Made by a program: the position numbers and the translations under genes. The notes beneath the pieces are model-generated. The model saw nothing but the letters and a program-made list of their open reading frames with translations, had not been told where the DNA came from and did not search any database. Shown here one piece after another: positions 31,898 to 46,732 of a stretch of DNA of 64,000 nt. This DNA is from Octopus vulgaris (lineage: Eukaryota), in the NCBI GenBank assembly GCA_951406725.2, contig OX597818.1, forward strand, positions 91,326,001 to 91,390,000, in the 5' to 3' direction. Every line of letters starts with the position of its first letter. Position 1 is the stretch's first letter.

Positions 31898-31979
31898 CGT
31901 GCATATTCATATGTATATGTATACATGTATATGTATTTATATACATAAAGATATTCATATATATATCTATATATATGTA

Positions 31980-33105
<1,126 letters not shown>

Positions 33106-33108
33106 GAT

Positions 33109-33142
<34 letters not shown>

Positions 33143-33550
33143 GTGAGTGTGTGTGTGCAGGTGCGTTGGTTTGAGTGTTAATAAATCAGAATATATTTTG
33201 ATTACTAAGATACATAAAAGTGTTACTGGAAACAACTAATCTCAATGAGAATTAATTGGAATATTCCTCAGCCCAGCATTTGCGTGGAGAGAAAGTACTT
33301 AATTACAGCATAATTGCGTTCGTGAAAATAAAGATGTAATCTGCTAGATGTTAAAATCATGGTCTAAAACACATATATTTAGTATTTTAAGTGTATGTAT
33401 AAAATATAAACTGCTAGATTTTATTCAGAAATACAGAACTAGCAGTATTCATCGTTAAATATATGTAGAGCACCGATTTCCTTTAATCTTTGGTTCCAAA
33501 ACTTAAACGGATTAACCGTTATACGGGACCGTCCTTTGTCACGTAATAAT

Positions 33551-33732
33551 ACTTTCTCCTAAAGGAGAAAGTATTATGATATTTTGGATAGGGGCATAAT
33601 CAACTAAACATCACCCCCAGTTACCGACTGGTACATCGACGTCGAAAGGATGAAAGGTACGGTAAAATCGACTTCGGCGGAATTTGAACTCTCAAGAAGA
33701 CATACGAAATGCTGCTACCCATCTTGTCCTCG
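33551..33732 (-). mobile_element. SINE family B fragment flanked by 13-bp target-site duplication
   Basis: GTCACGTAATAAT at 33538-33550 and 33733-33745. Internal gaaaggatgaaagg...cggcggaatttgaactc is the reverse complement of the family B core. Confidence 0.7.
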
Positions 33733-34230
33733 GTCACGTAATAATCGTCCGTGAACACATTTCTAACCTGCTAATTCTACTCCCGTAAGATGTCTAAAGT
33801 GCAAAGAAAATGTCCGCTTTACTTTATGGATTGGTGTTTATGTTTGACGCTACTATTGAAAAGCTTAGTTCATTCATTTGTAGTGGCCGTAGCTAAGATT
33901 AACTTTAAGCTAAATTCGCAGAGGATCTCTCAAAATTATGATGGAGACCCTAACTAGTGCAGTGAAAATAATACATACACCCACGCTACACACAACGCCA
34001 CCTGTGATAAAGCATACCACTTACGCCCTAGTAATTTATCCAGAAAAAGGTGTCAACGATCAGGTGACAGAAAAATCGATGTTGTACCCGTATAAAATTA
34101 TTACTCAATAAACATCAGCAATCTGATTTAAAAGCTTGTATCTATTTTGAGCGCTCAGTAACGTTATATTTAAACTGTTATAATTTAATGAATGTCATTA
34201 ATTAAATGAAAGTAATATTTAAGGTCACTA

Positions 34231-34690
34231 TGGCGGCGAGCTGGCAGAAACGTTAGCACGCCGGGCGAAATGCCTAGCGGTATTTCGCCTGACGGCGAGC
34301 TGGCCGAATCGTTAGCATGCTGGGCGAGATGCTTTGCGGTATTTCCTCTGCCGTTACGTTCTGAGTTCAAATTCCGCCGAGGTCGACTTTGCCTTTCATC
34401 CTTTCGGGGTCGATTAAATAAGTACCAGTTACGCACTGGGGTCGATGTAATCGACTTAATCCGTTTGTCTGTCCTTGTTTGTCCCCTCTGTGTTTAGCCT
34501 CTTGTGGGTAGTAAAGAAATAGGTATTTCGTCTGACGCTACATTCTGAGTTCAAATTCCGCCGAGGTCGACTTTGCCTTTCATCAATTCGGGGTCGATAA
34601 ATTAAGTACCAGATGCGTACTGTGGTCGATCTAATCAATTGCCCCCCTTCTCCCAAATTTTGCGCCTTGTGCTTAAAGTCGAAAAGATTA
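34231..34690 (+). mobile_element. tRNA-derived SINE family B, tandem multimer
   Basis: Duplicated head GGCGAGCTGGC(A/C)GAA..GTTAGCA and two bodies GAGTTCAAATTCCGCCGAGGTCGACTTTGCCTTTCATC. Confidence 0.85.
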
Positions 34691-35445
34691 TGTGTACATG
34701 AAACCAAGAAAAGACCATCATTGCTAACTTCCTGAAGTTGCATCAAACACTACCAACAATTAACAATAGCATTAGAAACACAGAATTGAAACATTATATC
34801 TGTGCGTAATGCTCGTTTCACTCGGCTATTTAAAAATGACCGAGTAATATGTTAAAATATGTTTACTTTCATTAAAATGAGAATAATTTGCTGATGTATG
34901 TATGAACATGAAAGAAGTTAAATGTTGGGTAGAATCTAGGTTACACCTGATTTGAAAGTATTTAAATTATAAATAATTGGTTTGATTTAGTTTTATACAA
35001 TTTTGCATTTTTATTTTACATATTCTAGTTTCATTTGAAAATACTTTGTATTTACACAAATATTAGAAGAAGCGCATTGCATTCATAACCATGCTATTTC
35101 AAACACCAAATTTTTTAATCATTTCACTTGTCAGTTTTTATTAAGAACACACATTAATTCAGGTGCCACGAATCTGCCGGAAACTGCCGCTGAAATACCA
35201 TTAAATAAATATTATATTGAACAAAATAAACAGTAATACACAGAGGATGAAACTGTTAAATCGGGAACGTATTTAATTATAGTTTCGCATTTACGACCTG
35301 CGATTACCAGCTGACATAAAAGTTTATTTCGAAACTACAAGAAAATACCTTTGCGCGGAATAAATAAATAAATATAATATAATATATAATATGATCGGTC
35401 AGTTGTTCATAAGTCCGAAAAAGCACGCTCTATTTTGAGTCGTTC

Positions 35446-36038
35446 GTTATGATCAGCCAGAAAGTGACCATTGGTTTTACGTCAAATATTGCTCTTAACA
35501 CTATGCATAATCCGTGAGACCTACTTGCAGGATGTAAGAATACAGCCTTGGTCAGCAAGGTTGTGAAAAAATTCCTGAAACGAAATACAACGAAACAAAC
35601 CTCCCTGCTTGTTGCCAGGATGTTATCTCTCTTTGAGCGGTTGCAGTTGTATACGAAATGGGTCAGGTTAAGTTCAATGTGGTTCATTCCTTAACAAGCA
35701 GGAAATCCTTTGTCTGCACCACGAATTTTCCCTCATCAGGGCATTGACCATACTTTTCAGTTTGGGTATTTATGACGGCTCACTTCACCAACTTTGTCTA
35801 CTCCCGTTGAAGTATGGCGCAGACAGTACCAAGAACCACAATTTAGTCTTCTATGGCGTTCCCACTTCTTTTCAGAGAGGGATAAATGCATTTCACCCTG
35901 AAGGGATTTTCGGTTTGAAGAATTTCATTTCAGGAACTTTTTCACAAACTTGCCAATCAAGGCTGTATTCTTACCGCTTGTATTGTGAACAAAAATACTA
36001 AACATGAAACAAATGGTGACTTTCTGATCGGCTATAAC
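35446..36038. mobile_element. Fold-back/MITE-like element with ~120-140-bp imperfect TIRs
   Basis: cagaaagtgaccattggttt...gtaagaatacagccttgg...tgtgaaaaaattcctgaaa is mirrored at 35920-36038. A solo left-arm copy lies at ~38087-38200. Confidence 0.7.
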
Positions 36039-36188
36039 CAGCAACTTTAAATATACATATATGCATACATACATGCATGCATACATACATAATACATACA
36101 TACATACATATATATATATATGTATATATATGTACGTATATGTATAAATGTATGTATGTATGTATATATATATATATGTATATTCATG

Positions 36189-36220
<32 letters not shown>

Positions 36221-36390
36221 CATATATATGTATGTATATGTATGTATATGTATGTATATATGTATATATATGTATGTATATATATGTATATATATGTATA
36301 TATATGTATATATATATATATATGTATATATAATTATACATATATATACATATATATGAATATGTACATATATATGTGTATGTATAAGTT

Positions 36391-36433
<43 letters not shown>

Positions 36434-36829
36434 GGAGAGGAAGAGGGAGAGAGAGGGAGAGGAAGAGGGAAAGAGAGAGAAAGAAAATAGACTAATAGAT
36501 TTATAAAATATTATACAAATGAAGACATATTACGAACCTTACGCTACAATATACACCGACATTGTGACGTGAGACCAGGTATCTGGTCTTATGTGATTAA
36601 ATAGTCAGAAGACTAGGTTTAGACCTTTATAACTTAATATATGTGACTTACTGAAGGAAGAAAATTTCAAGTATAGTATTATAATGATAATTATGTGGTG
36701 ATATGCGTTTCTAAGTTGAAAAAAACCTCATCTTTGATCAACACATTTGTATTAATAAAACTTTCGGTTACAAATAATTTCACCAATCAGAAGAAATGTT
36801 GAACTGAAAACAATAATGACATTTACTTT

Positions 36830-37895
36830 CGTGGTTCTGCGTGGGCAGTTGGTGAGGTAGATATAAATTTTAATAAGGATACAAGCGTTTCATGACCTAA
36901 AAACTTGCAAAACAATACCATAAATGTGTCCTGTAGACGGTGATTTGCTTTGATTGTCCGGTCTGTATATACTGAGAAGTCTAAAGAATAGTTAGATATC
37001 CTCCCTCAATTACATTTTCAGGGTGGTGATTGTACCATTTGTCAGCAGTTTTGATTTTAAAATGCTGACACATTATCCAGTGTAGATATTGGTCAACTTT
37101 GTCATGTCTTGATTTGTACTCTATAAGTGCAGAAACCTTACATCCAGTGATTAGGTAGTCCACTATTTCTATCCCATCGCTGCAGTATCAGCATTTTTGG
37201 TCTGTACCATATTTCCTCACATTGGCTTGATAGCTCCGGGTCAATATGCTCTAATCTTGGGCAGCCAAGATAAACCTTTAACTCTCTATCTTTAGTACTG
37301 AGCTCCGTGGCCACTAATGGGTGTGCATCTAGTCTACATCATCTGGCTTGCTACGGACCAAATACTCACCATGCAAAGGAATTTGTTCCCACCTGTCAGC
37401 CAAACGTATTTTGCTTTACTATTAATTTCACCTACCTTGCTGCACTTCTATCACGCTGTTCAACCTAGGTATTATGTATAAATTCATTTGAAACTATTTT
37501 GTTCTCCTTTTATCATCTTACGTCTTTCATGGTTGTCAGCGAGCTAAGCATCCAGTTGTGAGATGCTTCAAGACATTTTGCCAGTGCAATTGTCGTAGTT
37601 TTGTAGATTTCAAATTGGATCAAGCCTCGACCACCCTGAGATCTGGGTAGGCAAAGACGATCCGCGTTTGCCTTTGGGTGGTAAATCTTATTAAAATCAG
37701 CATCTTACGGATTTTCTTGTCAATCTTCTTTATTTCGTTCATATTCCAATTCAACACACTGAAACTGTAAATAACAACCGGAATTTGCTAAGGAATTTAT
37801 AGTTAACACCTTTTTACATGCATTTAACTCGGATTATAGAACTGCGGGAAAACTACTGTAACACTTCTTCCTGATCTTCTTTTTCATTCTAGCAT
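36830..37895 (-). mobile_element. Dong/R4 LINE fragment (decayed)
   Basis: GCKVSALIEYKSRHDKVDQYLHWIMCQHFKIKTADKWYNHHPE; upstream HPKANADRLCLPRSQGGRGL-like segment. Confidence 0.8.
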
Positions 37896-37974
37896 GCTGA
37901 ATGCCAGAGCCCGCATTTATTCCAAGGTATTTGTTTACTTGTTCCCGCTGGACTTCCTTATTTATTTATTTACT

Positions 37975-38048
<74 letters not shown>

Positions 38049-38279
38049 CATTATTATTATTATTTATTTATTTATTTATTTATTTAGAAAGTTACCATTG
38101 GTTTCACGTCAAATATTGCTCTTAGCAATATATGTGATCCGTGAGACATACAACCGCCTCTACTAATGTACAGCAGATTAAACAGTTGGAAGGAAAAATT
38201 CCTAACCTCGGGCAAGAAGATATACCTTAAATGCCAAGAACCCACCTAAGCATCGTAGTTGTCCCTAATAACACTGTCT

Positions 38280-38600
38280 ACTGGAGCTTTACTTAACTGA
38301 GTTTTATGTCTATTTCCTCTATTCATCTGTTATTTAGGGATAGTTCCTAATGCACCTATAACTACTGGGATACATTTTACCCACACTTTCCATAGAATCC
38401 GCAATTCAATGGCTTAGTCCTGGTACTTTGCTATGTTTGTATACCTCTCATATTGATTTCCTCATCATTTGGGACTGTGACGTCAATTATTTGGCTCTTT
38501 CTAATCTCTTTATCTACTACTACTAAATCAGGCCTTCTAACTTCCATTACTCGACCAGTCTGAATGTTAAGGTTCCACACTATCTTATATATCAAGATGA
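38280..38600 (-). mobile_element. Dong/R4 REL endonuclease fragment
   Basis: VWNLNIQTGRVMEVRRPDLVVVD..IIDVTVP..IPVVIGALGTIP. Confidence 0.75.
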
Positions 38601-38659
38601 ACCAAGTAAAGTACTAATAAAGTATTATCATTACTGGTGTTCCTCGGTTATCCCTAGAG

Positions 38660-38845
38660 CTCTTCTTGTATCAGGAGGGCCACATCTCTATCATCTTCCT
38701 TGCCACTTTTCATTTTTAACCTTTGCATGTTATGTATATGTCCCTTCTGTTTCAGTGTATACTGTGTATATTTTGCTGTGTCTGGGGAGAGTCATTTTCT
38801 TTTTGTGCCTTATAATGTAACACACTCACTGGTAAAATTTCATCT
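38660..38845 (+). mobile_element. LINE 3' UTR-like repeat (shared with 62245-62425)
   Basis: gggccacatct.tat.atc..ct..gccac.tttt...tttg.atg.tatg.atatgtcccttct present at both loci. Confidence 0.5.
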
Positions 38846-39370
38846 TGGTAGAGTATGGAGGACTGTTTTTTGTCGTCGTATTGTCTCAGATGTCATTTAT
38901 TCGTTCCGTAATGCTCCTAGATGTATCTCCTATGTATGTCATGTTCATGTCTTTACAAGCACCTTCTATGCATCTTAGGCTCTAGACTACATTTCTAGTT
39001 CTACAGTTAATGGCAGATTTAATCCTACATAACATGCAGTTATCATTGATGTATATGGTATTCTCAAAGGGGTACGTCCTACATAGTTGTGATCTGACGG
39101 AGTTCCCTGGCTTTTCAATAGTCTTAATGATGATTTTGGTCTCCTTCAGAGCTTTTCTAAATTTACGGGCTAGTTCTCCATGGGCTGTGGTCTCTACAAA
39201 CATGACTCCTTGATATTTATCGATTTTATGCCACGTGTTCGCCCTGTTTGCTTTGTCATTTGCTTTCGTCTTTCCTTTCTAATCATTTCATTATATGTAA
39301 CCCCGCCGCACACTTAGTGTCTGTCTTTGTATTGTTCCTCTCATCCTTTGCCATTGTGGCTAATAAATGG
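38846..39370 (-). mobile_element. Penelope-like GIY-YIG endonuclease fragment (Naiad-like)
   Basis: FVETTAHGELA...IEKPG.SV..QL.RT.PF...NCMLC..NCRTRNVV*SLRC..C...YIGDTSRS..ER. GIY-YIG with TAG replacing the first Tyr, then a frameshift. Confidence 0.75.
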
Positions 39371-39426
39371 AAACATCATCTTAATAAATGGAAACATCCT
39401 CATCATCCTCATCATCATCATCATCA

Positions 39427-39514
<88 letters not shown>

Positions 39515-40196
39515 CATCATTGTTGCATTTGTTGGTGTTACAGTTGCTACTGTTCTTGTTGTTGTTGCTGTTGTCATTGTGTATATGATATTCCTCTTGG
39601 ACAGTGACAAACAAAAAAGCCGAAGGCATTTTCATTGCATTCGTTTCTGTTTATTATTTCTTACTGCAGATAACAAATACTACAGTCGAATATATTCAAC
39701 TCATAAATCTTGCAGCCTTTTACCTTACATAGAAATCAATATTATTAGCACATTTATTTCAGCACAGACTGAAATCATCTATGCTACCATCGATAATAAA
39801 ATCATATTAACTCTACGAACTTTATAAATGTTGCTGATGTTTGAACTTTTAAAAATTGCAAATTTTGTGGAAAACTATAAGTTAACGCAATTGAGAATTA
39901 TCAAGTGTCGTAACGAACGAAAACACTGCTACAGCTAGAGATGTCTAAAATGTTATGAAATTGAAAAGTTATTGCGATATTTTTTATTTTCCACAACATA
40001 TTGTTAAAATATTTATTTCCGATAGCATTTTTTCTTAATAATTTCTTCACACTTACATTCATAAATATCCATCCATACGTACATTCATACGTACATACAT
40101 ACATACATACATACATACATACATACATACATACATACATACATACATACATACATACATACATACATACATACATACATACATACATACATACAT

Positions 40197-40280
<84 letters not shown>

Positions 40281-40428
40281 AAATAAATATAAGAGAGTGG
40301 TCACTATATTGCTCACTCTAGCACCAGTTAATCCAAAAGGTTTCAACCACGAAAATACATGCTTACCATGAAAGTCAGTACGATTGTTAGCTCACACGGA
40401 CAGGGCAAATAAAAAATAACAAAAATAC

Positions 40429-40506
<78 letters not shown>

Positions 40507-40979
40507 ATTACTTTTATATATTAAATTCTAACCAATAACGTGTACAAATATATCAAAATGATGTATGTTTGTCTGATAGTTTGCGTATTTGTACATGTGA
40601 ATTTCTCTGTATGTGTAAGCGTGAATGTAAGGGTATAAACTTTCATTAAAAAAATGTATTACAAAAGTATTTCTCAACAGATTTTCATTACTGTTTTAGA
40701 ATACTTGTTTCATTTTTATGGTGCAATTTAAAATGCTAAATATTGTCCATTTTTTTTATAGCATTTAGTAAACAAATGTATAAGTATATACATATATACA
40801 TGTGTGTGTTGTGTGTGTATGCATGTGTATATGTATGTATATGCACAAGTCTATTTATATATGTGTGTGTATATACACACATTCATAGATTAATACATTC
40901 TTGGATGGATAGACAGTTAAAGACTCAGGCGTATAAATACATGATTGTAAAGAGATACACACATACACACACGTATATA

Positions 40980-41011
<32 letters not shown>

Positions 41012-41780
41012 CATACATACATGCATACATGCATACAATGCTTGCATACATACTTATGTGTGGTTGTATATACGTATGTATGGTCATTAAATAGCATCAA
41101 GAATGTAATCTGCGCGAAAACGAAATATAAAAAAGATAATCCTGTGAATGATTCTTCTTTAAGCAACACCTGCATCAGCTTGCACCAACCAATTCTTTGT
41201 TAGAGAAGTGTTATCCATGTCTTGAAACTATTTTAAAATTATTTTTATAAATGCTAGTGTGAAGTCAGGTGCCGACTATCGGAAAATACATTTAACTTTC
41301 AAACATCAAAAAGTATATCACCTGTAAAACAGTAGTTTTCGGTATATCCACCAAAATGGAAAGCAATTGGATTTTAATACCAAATACGGAATCTATTGCC
41401 AAAGATACCCGAAAATGTGTTTATTATTTTTTTTGTTACAGATTCTGAAAATCCGTGGATACATATTAGGAGAACCGAAAACTTTAGTTTGATACAGTTG
41501 TGAAAGAAATGAGACCTCGGCAGTGCTGGAGCCCCGCCTTGAAGGGCTTGAAAGAACTGAGGCTGCGGCTATGCTGGAGCACCGCTTTAAATGGTTTTAG
41601 CCGAACAGTTCGACCCGAGGGCTTACTCTATATTTTTAAAGCCTAATAGTTATTTTATTTCTCTTTTGTCGAACCCCTAAGTTACAGGAACGCAAGCACA
41701 TTAATACGGGTTGTCAATCGGTAATAGGAGGACAAACACAGACACAAACAAACACAAACACACACATACAAACACGTGTG

Positions 41781-41910
41781 TGTGTTAAATAAAATGAGAC
41801 AATATAACCAAGGCTGTGTGGAATTTATAGAACATTTGTACCTTTCTCTATAAAAATGTCCTTTAAATTCCACATAGCCTTGGTTTCGTTGTCTCATTGT
41901 ATTTAACATA
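41781..41910. repeat. 130-bp hairpin (57-bp arms, 16-nt loop)
   Basis: aatgagacaa...aaccaaggctgtgtggaattta..acattt versus aaatgt..taaattccacatagccttggtt...ttgtctcatt. Confidence 0.85.
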
Positions 41911-43315
41911 TAAATGCACAAAGAAGACCCGCTTTAGACTCCTCACTCGTATTATTATCGAACCAAGAATCAAACTACCGTCCTCCCGTGGCACTTACAT
42001 AGCCTTACCGGCCATCTTGTATCTTTTGGATACCAATACCTCTCATACACACACAAATACACACACACACACACAAACACATACACACACACACACACAC
42101 ATTTGCTTAGATTTTATCTGTAATCTGTATTCCGAAGCAGAAGCGTTAGGGAAATCGTCATGTACAGTTAAATAGCAACGCAACCGATCGGCAGTTGAAT
42201 CCTAGTCGTATTCAGGGGACAAGTCCCTCTTTGGCTCGGTATACCTACGAAGAGCTTTTTTCTAGTTTAGAGCATGTTCAAACTATAGCACTGTAAGAAA
42301 GTATCTGGAACATATTGCGGACGTGTGTGTGTATGTGTGTACGCGAGTGAGAGTGTGTGCATGTATGCGCATATGCGTTCTTTTACCCATTGTCTATTGA
42401 TTTATCAATTAATTTTTGCAAATGATACCAAATATTTCAAAAGCATGGAAGGCATGTACTGGAACTTTTTGATCATATTTGCAAGTAATTATTTTCTATA
42501 TGTCGTGTCATCAACTGCATTGACTCTCTTTCTTCTCACTTTAAGTGATTACTGATACTTGTAACCTCTTTTTCAACTAATAATGTACCTGGAAATCGTG
42601 TGAAACAAAAGAACAAAGCATTTTCATCCGTTAACTTGACCGACCAGCGTCACAGGTGAAAATTAGCTGGACAATCAATTCTCTTAATGGTGAATGGTTG
42701 GCTTTTAATGAACAACGCTTCAAGGCTGAAATTAATGACCGTTCTGTCATGACATGGATGACCTTTGCTAAACTGAGACAAACATATGTGTATATATGTT
42801 CATACATACGTATGAAGTTAATTACAGTGTCACATACAAATATATAGGCATTTTCTCCATACTATCTCTCTATCTATATATCTGTTGGTCTACCTTTCTA
42901 TTTATCTATCTGTGTGTATGTATCTCTACATGTCTGTCTATCTCTCTCGACGTATATATATGCGTGTATGTCTGCCTGTGTGTGTGTATGTGTATATGTG
43001 TGCGTGTAGAACGGTGATTTGCAACTAAGATGATAATAGTAATTGCCGTCGATGTATGCTGATCTGACATATGTGTCAAAGAGGCATGTCTTAGTTTCTT
43101 CTCTTGAAAAGTGCCTAAGCATACTGGCAAAGTATTGTGTATTAACAAAACTATCAAGCTGACCATCTATAGCAACACCGACGTTAATATCAAACACATC
43201 AAAATCGTCGACAAAGAGCAAAAGTCTCGGAGACTGCAGCCACGTCAACATCGAAAATATTAAAAATTCTCCTGTGAACAATTGATATCAAATCCATTAA
43301 ATATTCTTAAACGAC

Positions 43316-43366
43316 CATAAATACTGACAAAAATAAAACAAATAACTTATCGAAGCAATTTCAGTT
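43316..43366 (+). promoter_or_regulatory. Candidate core promoter of the S-crystallin gene (AT-rich TATA-like boxes + Inr-like TCAGTT), or alternatively a splice acceptor
   Basis: CATAAATA at 43316, AAATAAAA at 43331 (~30 nt upstream of TCAGTT at 43361). ATG follows ~40 nt later. The same site also reads tttcag|, so a 5' UTR intron cannot be excluded. Confidence 0.3.
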
Positions 43367-43404
43367 GTGTGAAGATTACAGCAACAATACCAACAATATC
43401 AACT

Positions 43405-43537
43405 ATGCCGTCTTATACGATTCACTACTTCAACCATCGTGGCCGTGCTGAAGTATGCCGTATGCTTTTAGCAGCTGCTGGCGTCAAGTACAATGACCGC
43501 AGGATCGAATCTTCAGAATGGGCTGTCATGAGAGAAC
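43405..43537 (+). CDS. S-crystallin (sigma-class GST-like lens crystallin), coding exon 1
   Basis: ATG at 43405 reads [44 protein letters not shown] + 1 nt. This is the typical S-crystallin/GST-sigma N-terminus (Tyr8, RGRAE, Trp39). Phase-1 donor GTTCGT at 43538. Confidence 0.96.
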
Positions 43538-43562
43538 GTTCGTAAATATATATATATTTTTT

Positions 43563-43921
43563 ATCTTTCACTTGCTTTAATCATCAAACTAAGGCCGTGC
43601 AGGGGTACTGACTTGAAGAAATGTTTTGTACTTACTTGTTATCGTTTTTTTTTTGCCAAACCGCTACGTTACATGGACATAAACACAACAATACCGTTCG
43701 TCGAGTGTTAGTGCGTAACACACACACTCACACACACACAAATACACACACACACACACACACACATACACACACACACGTACATACTTCATTAATAAAG
43801 GTGTAAAGACATCACAAAAAATTTTGTGATGTCTGCAGCGTCATTAACAAAGCATAGTACTCTACTTCGGTATTCGAGTACTATTTTTCCCACCTTGTTT
43901 CACATTTATGTGCTAACTCTA

Positions 43922-43973
<52 letters not shown>

Positions 43974-44300
43974 GTATATATACACACGACTAGCTTCACT
44001 CAATTTCCGTCTACCAAATCTAGACTAGGTCGGCCCGAGGCTATAGCAGAAGACGCATGCCCAAGGAGACACGTGGCGTGACTGAACCCAGAACCATATG
44101 GATGCTTCTCAAGCACTTACCACACACCCACGTCTACACTTCGGTTTCCATATAGCTTCCGTTCGCCAAATTCGCCGCAACGCGGTATTAGTCAACACGG
44201 CGCTGTTGTAGAAACCATACGCCCAAGATGTTGTGCAATAGTACTGAAGCCGAACTCACGTAGTGACAAAGCGAGCTACTTAACAACACACTCATGCTTC
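43563..44300 (-). mobile_element. SINE family A copies (intron 1)
   Basis: Tail cttgctttaatcatc..ggccgtgc, microsatellite middle, ttccgtctaccaaatc...gactgaaccc head. A second decayed head lies at 44150-44300. Confidence 0.65.
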
Positions 44301-44409
44301 CTCTTTACTATTAACTATTTTTAAAAATATAATTTCACATCTTAGAGCTCTTGATTTCAGTTGCTCCTGTCAATTCTTTAACAGCGGACAGCAACCTATT
44401 GTCGAGTGC

Positions 44410-45395
44410 CTCACAAGACCTGTTTCCACGATACTTGAAATTAAAGTATCAAGCAATCTCAAAATCCTTGATGTCCCCAATAGAGCTTTCTTTGTATATG
44501 TTCTAACGTATTGTCAATTTCAATTTCGCCGACATATTTCTCAAACCTAGTTGTTAGTGCTCCAAGTGCTACAACTTCTGGAATGACCGTTACTTTCTTC
44601 ATTGCCCACATTCGTACAATTTCATCTCATAGTAGCTTGTAACTTTCCAGTTTTTGTCACCCACGTATGCGTCCCATGATATGGTAGTCTATGATCGTAG
44701 TTTCTTTCTTTTGTATTCACTACAACAATGTCACATTCCCTATTTTTAATCCCTGAGTCACACTGGTTTGTAAAATCTCATATTTTGCGTTCATTTTTCT
44801 CGGAAATACCTTCGGGTTTGTGTTTGAACCATTTAAGTGTCTTTCAAGACCTTAAATCTCACATGGTCTTCAATGAAAATACTTAACCACGTTATCGTGC
44901 ATTCTCTAGTATCCCTTTTGGGTCAGTTAGCTACACTTACTCACAATATGTGGCATTATTTCATTTTTGCTGACATACATCCTACAAAAGAGCGATTCAC
45001 AGCTCTTACCTATTTGGAACTTGGTGTAATTAGTTCTCAATGCATCAGTGCAACTTTTGAGATCACTTTTCCTTAGCCACATCCAGGTGTTGGTCTTGTC
45101 TTTCTTTTCCATTTCCCTGAGGTTATTGCCAATGCATCGTTTTCATTTTCCAGTTGTTTAAACTTTGTTCTCCATCTTCATCTTAAATGTGTTTGTGTGT
45201 GTCACATTTTCACTATGTACCATGTTATTATTTCTGAAAGCAACAAACACAGGTTCAAATTGCTGTTTGACGTACCATCCCAAACTGATTTCCCCATTGA
45301 CAACACCGATCTTACATCCTATGAGACCTCATTCTCCCGTATATCTAGGCACATACAGTCTATCTCAATCGCTTTTAGGGTGTAGTCCCTTGTTC
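44410..45395 (-). mobile_element. Dong/R4 LINE fragment (intron 1)
   Basis: LHPKSD, TWMWLRKSDLK..TDALRTNYTKFQI..CRM; adjacent (TTA)n. Confidence 0.8.
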
Positions 45396-45454
45396 ATTGT
45401 CATCATTTTCCTGATTTTTCTAGCCATTGTTATTATCATTATTATTATTATTAA

Positions 45455-45553
<99 letters not shown>

Positions 45554-45591
45554 CATCATCATCATCATCATTGTTATTATTACTATCATTA

Positions 45592-46120
45592 AGGCGGTGA
45601 GCTGGCCGAAACGTCAGCACGCCGGGCGAGATGCTTAGCAGTATTTCGTCCGCCGCTACGTTCTAAGTTCAAATTCCGCCGAGGTCAACTTTGCCTTTCA
45701 TCCTTTCGGGGTCGATAAATAAAGTACCAGTTTCGCACTGGGGTCGATATAATCGACTTAATCCGTTTGTCTATCCTCTCTGTATTTAGCCCCTTGTGGG
45801 TAGTAAAGAAATAAGTATTTCGTCCGCCGTTACGTTCAGAGTTCAAATTCCGCCGAGGTTGACTTTCATCCTTTCGGGGTCGATTAAATAAGTACCAGTT
45901 ACGTGCTGGTGTCGATATAATCGACTTAATCTATTTGTCTGTCCTTGTTTGTCCTTTCTGTGTTTAGCGCCTTGTGGGTAGTAAAGTTCTGAGTTCAAAT
46001 TCCACCCAGGTTGACTTTACCATTCATCCTTCGGGGTCGATTAATTAAGTCTCAATCGAATACTGTAATCGACTCATTCCATCCCCACCAAATAGCTGTC
46101 CTTCTGGCAAAATTTGAAAC
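45592..46120 (+). mobile_element. SINE family B, three tandem bodies
   Basis: Head GGCGGTGAGCTGGCCGAAACG; GTTCAAATTCC.CC.AGGT.GACTT repeated at ~45667, 45841 and 45993. Confidence 0.85.
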
Positions 46121-46196
46121 CATTCTTCTTCTTCTTCTTCTTCGTCTTCTTCTTCTTCTTCTTCTTCTTCTTCTTCTTCTTCTTCTTCTTCTTCTT

Positions 46197-46292
<96 letters not shown>

Positions 46293-46711
46293 GTGTGAGA
46301 TAGCAGTGCATGCCATCAAAGTGACACTGGTGTAGAATATACGAAGCCCAGTATACCCAACATGACTACTCGTCTGATAAGTGTACACCAGACACATGCA
46401 TCACAACCATATGTGCGTAACATGGTGATATCATATCATGATGAACTGGCAGGTGGGAGCCTAGTTAGAATTTTCTTCATGTCGAGTAGACCATCCCGCT
46501 CAAGAGGTCCCTAAATAAGGGTTGTTTAAGACTGTTGAACGAAACATCCGTGTTTGCGAAGGTGATTAATCCAAACACCAAAGAATTCCTCTTAACACAT
46601 AGCTATGATGCTCCCCCACGACTCCTGCTCGTGATCAGAGATGCACATAACGTCAGCCACTAAGGGACATGCTTAACTGGTTAAAGTCAAACAACTGACA
46701 AGCAAATCTGT
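46293..46711 (-). mobile_element. 555-bp TAA-associated element, truncated copy D
   Basis: More diverged copy; truncated at the same base as copy B (...GCAAATCTGT). Confidence 0.8.
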
Positions 46712-46732
46712 AACATTACTACTACTACTACT

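Noticed and set aside
42400-43400. AP-1/ARE element as described for squid crystallin promoters
   Set aside because: No perfect TGA(C/G)TCA or TGACnnnGC seen by eye in this interval; only half-sites.
43542-43547. Alternative donor GTAAAT for exon 1
   Set aside because: It shifts the frame and gives a stop within four codons of exon 2; GTTCGT at 43538 preserves the protein.
43807-43834. 13-bp-arm hairpin resembling a terminator
   Set aside because: Intrinsic terminators do not apply to a eukaryotic intron; it lies within repeat debris.
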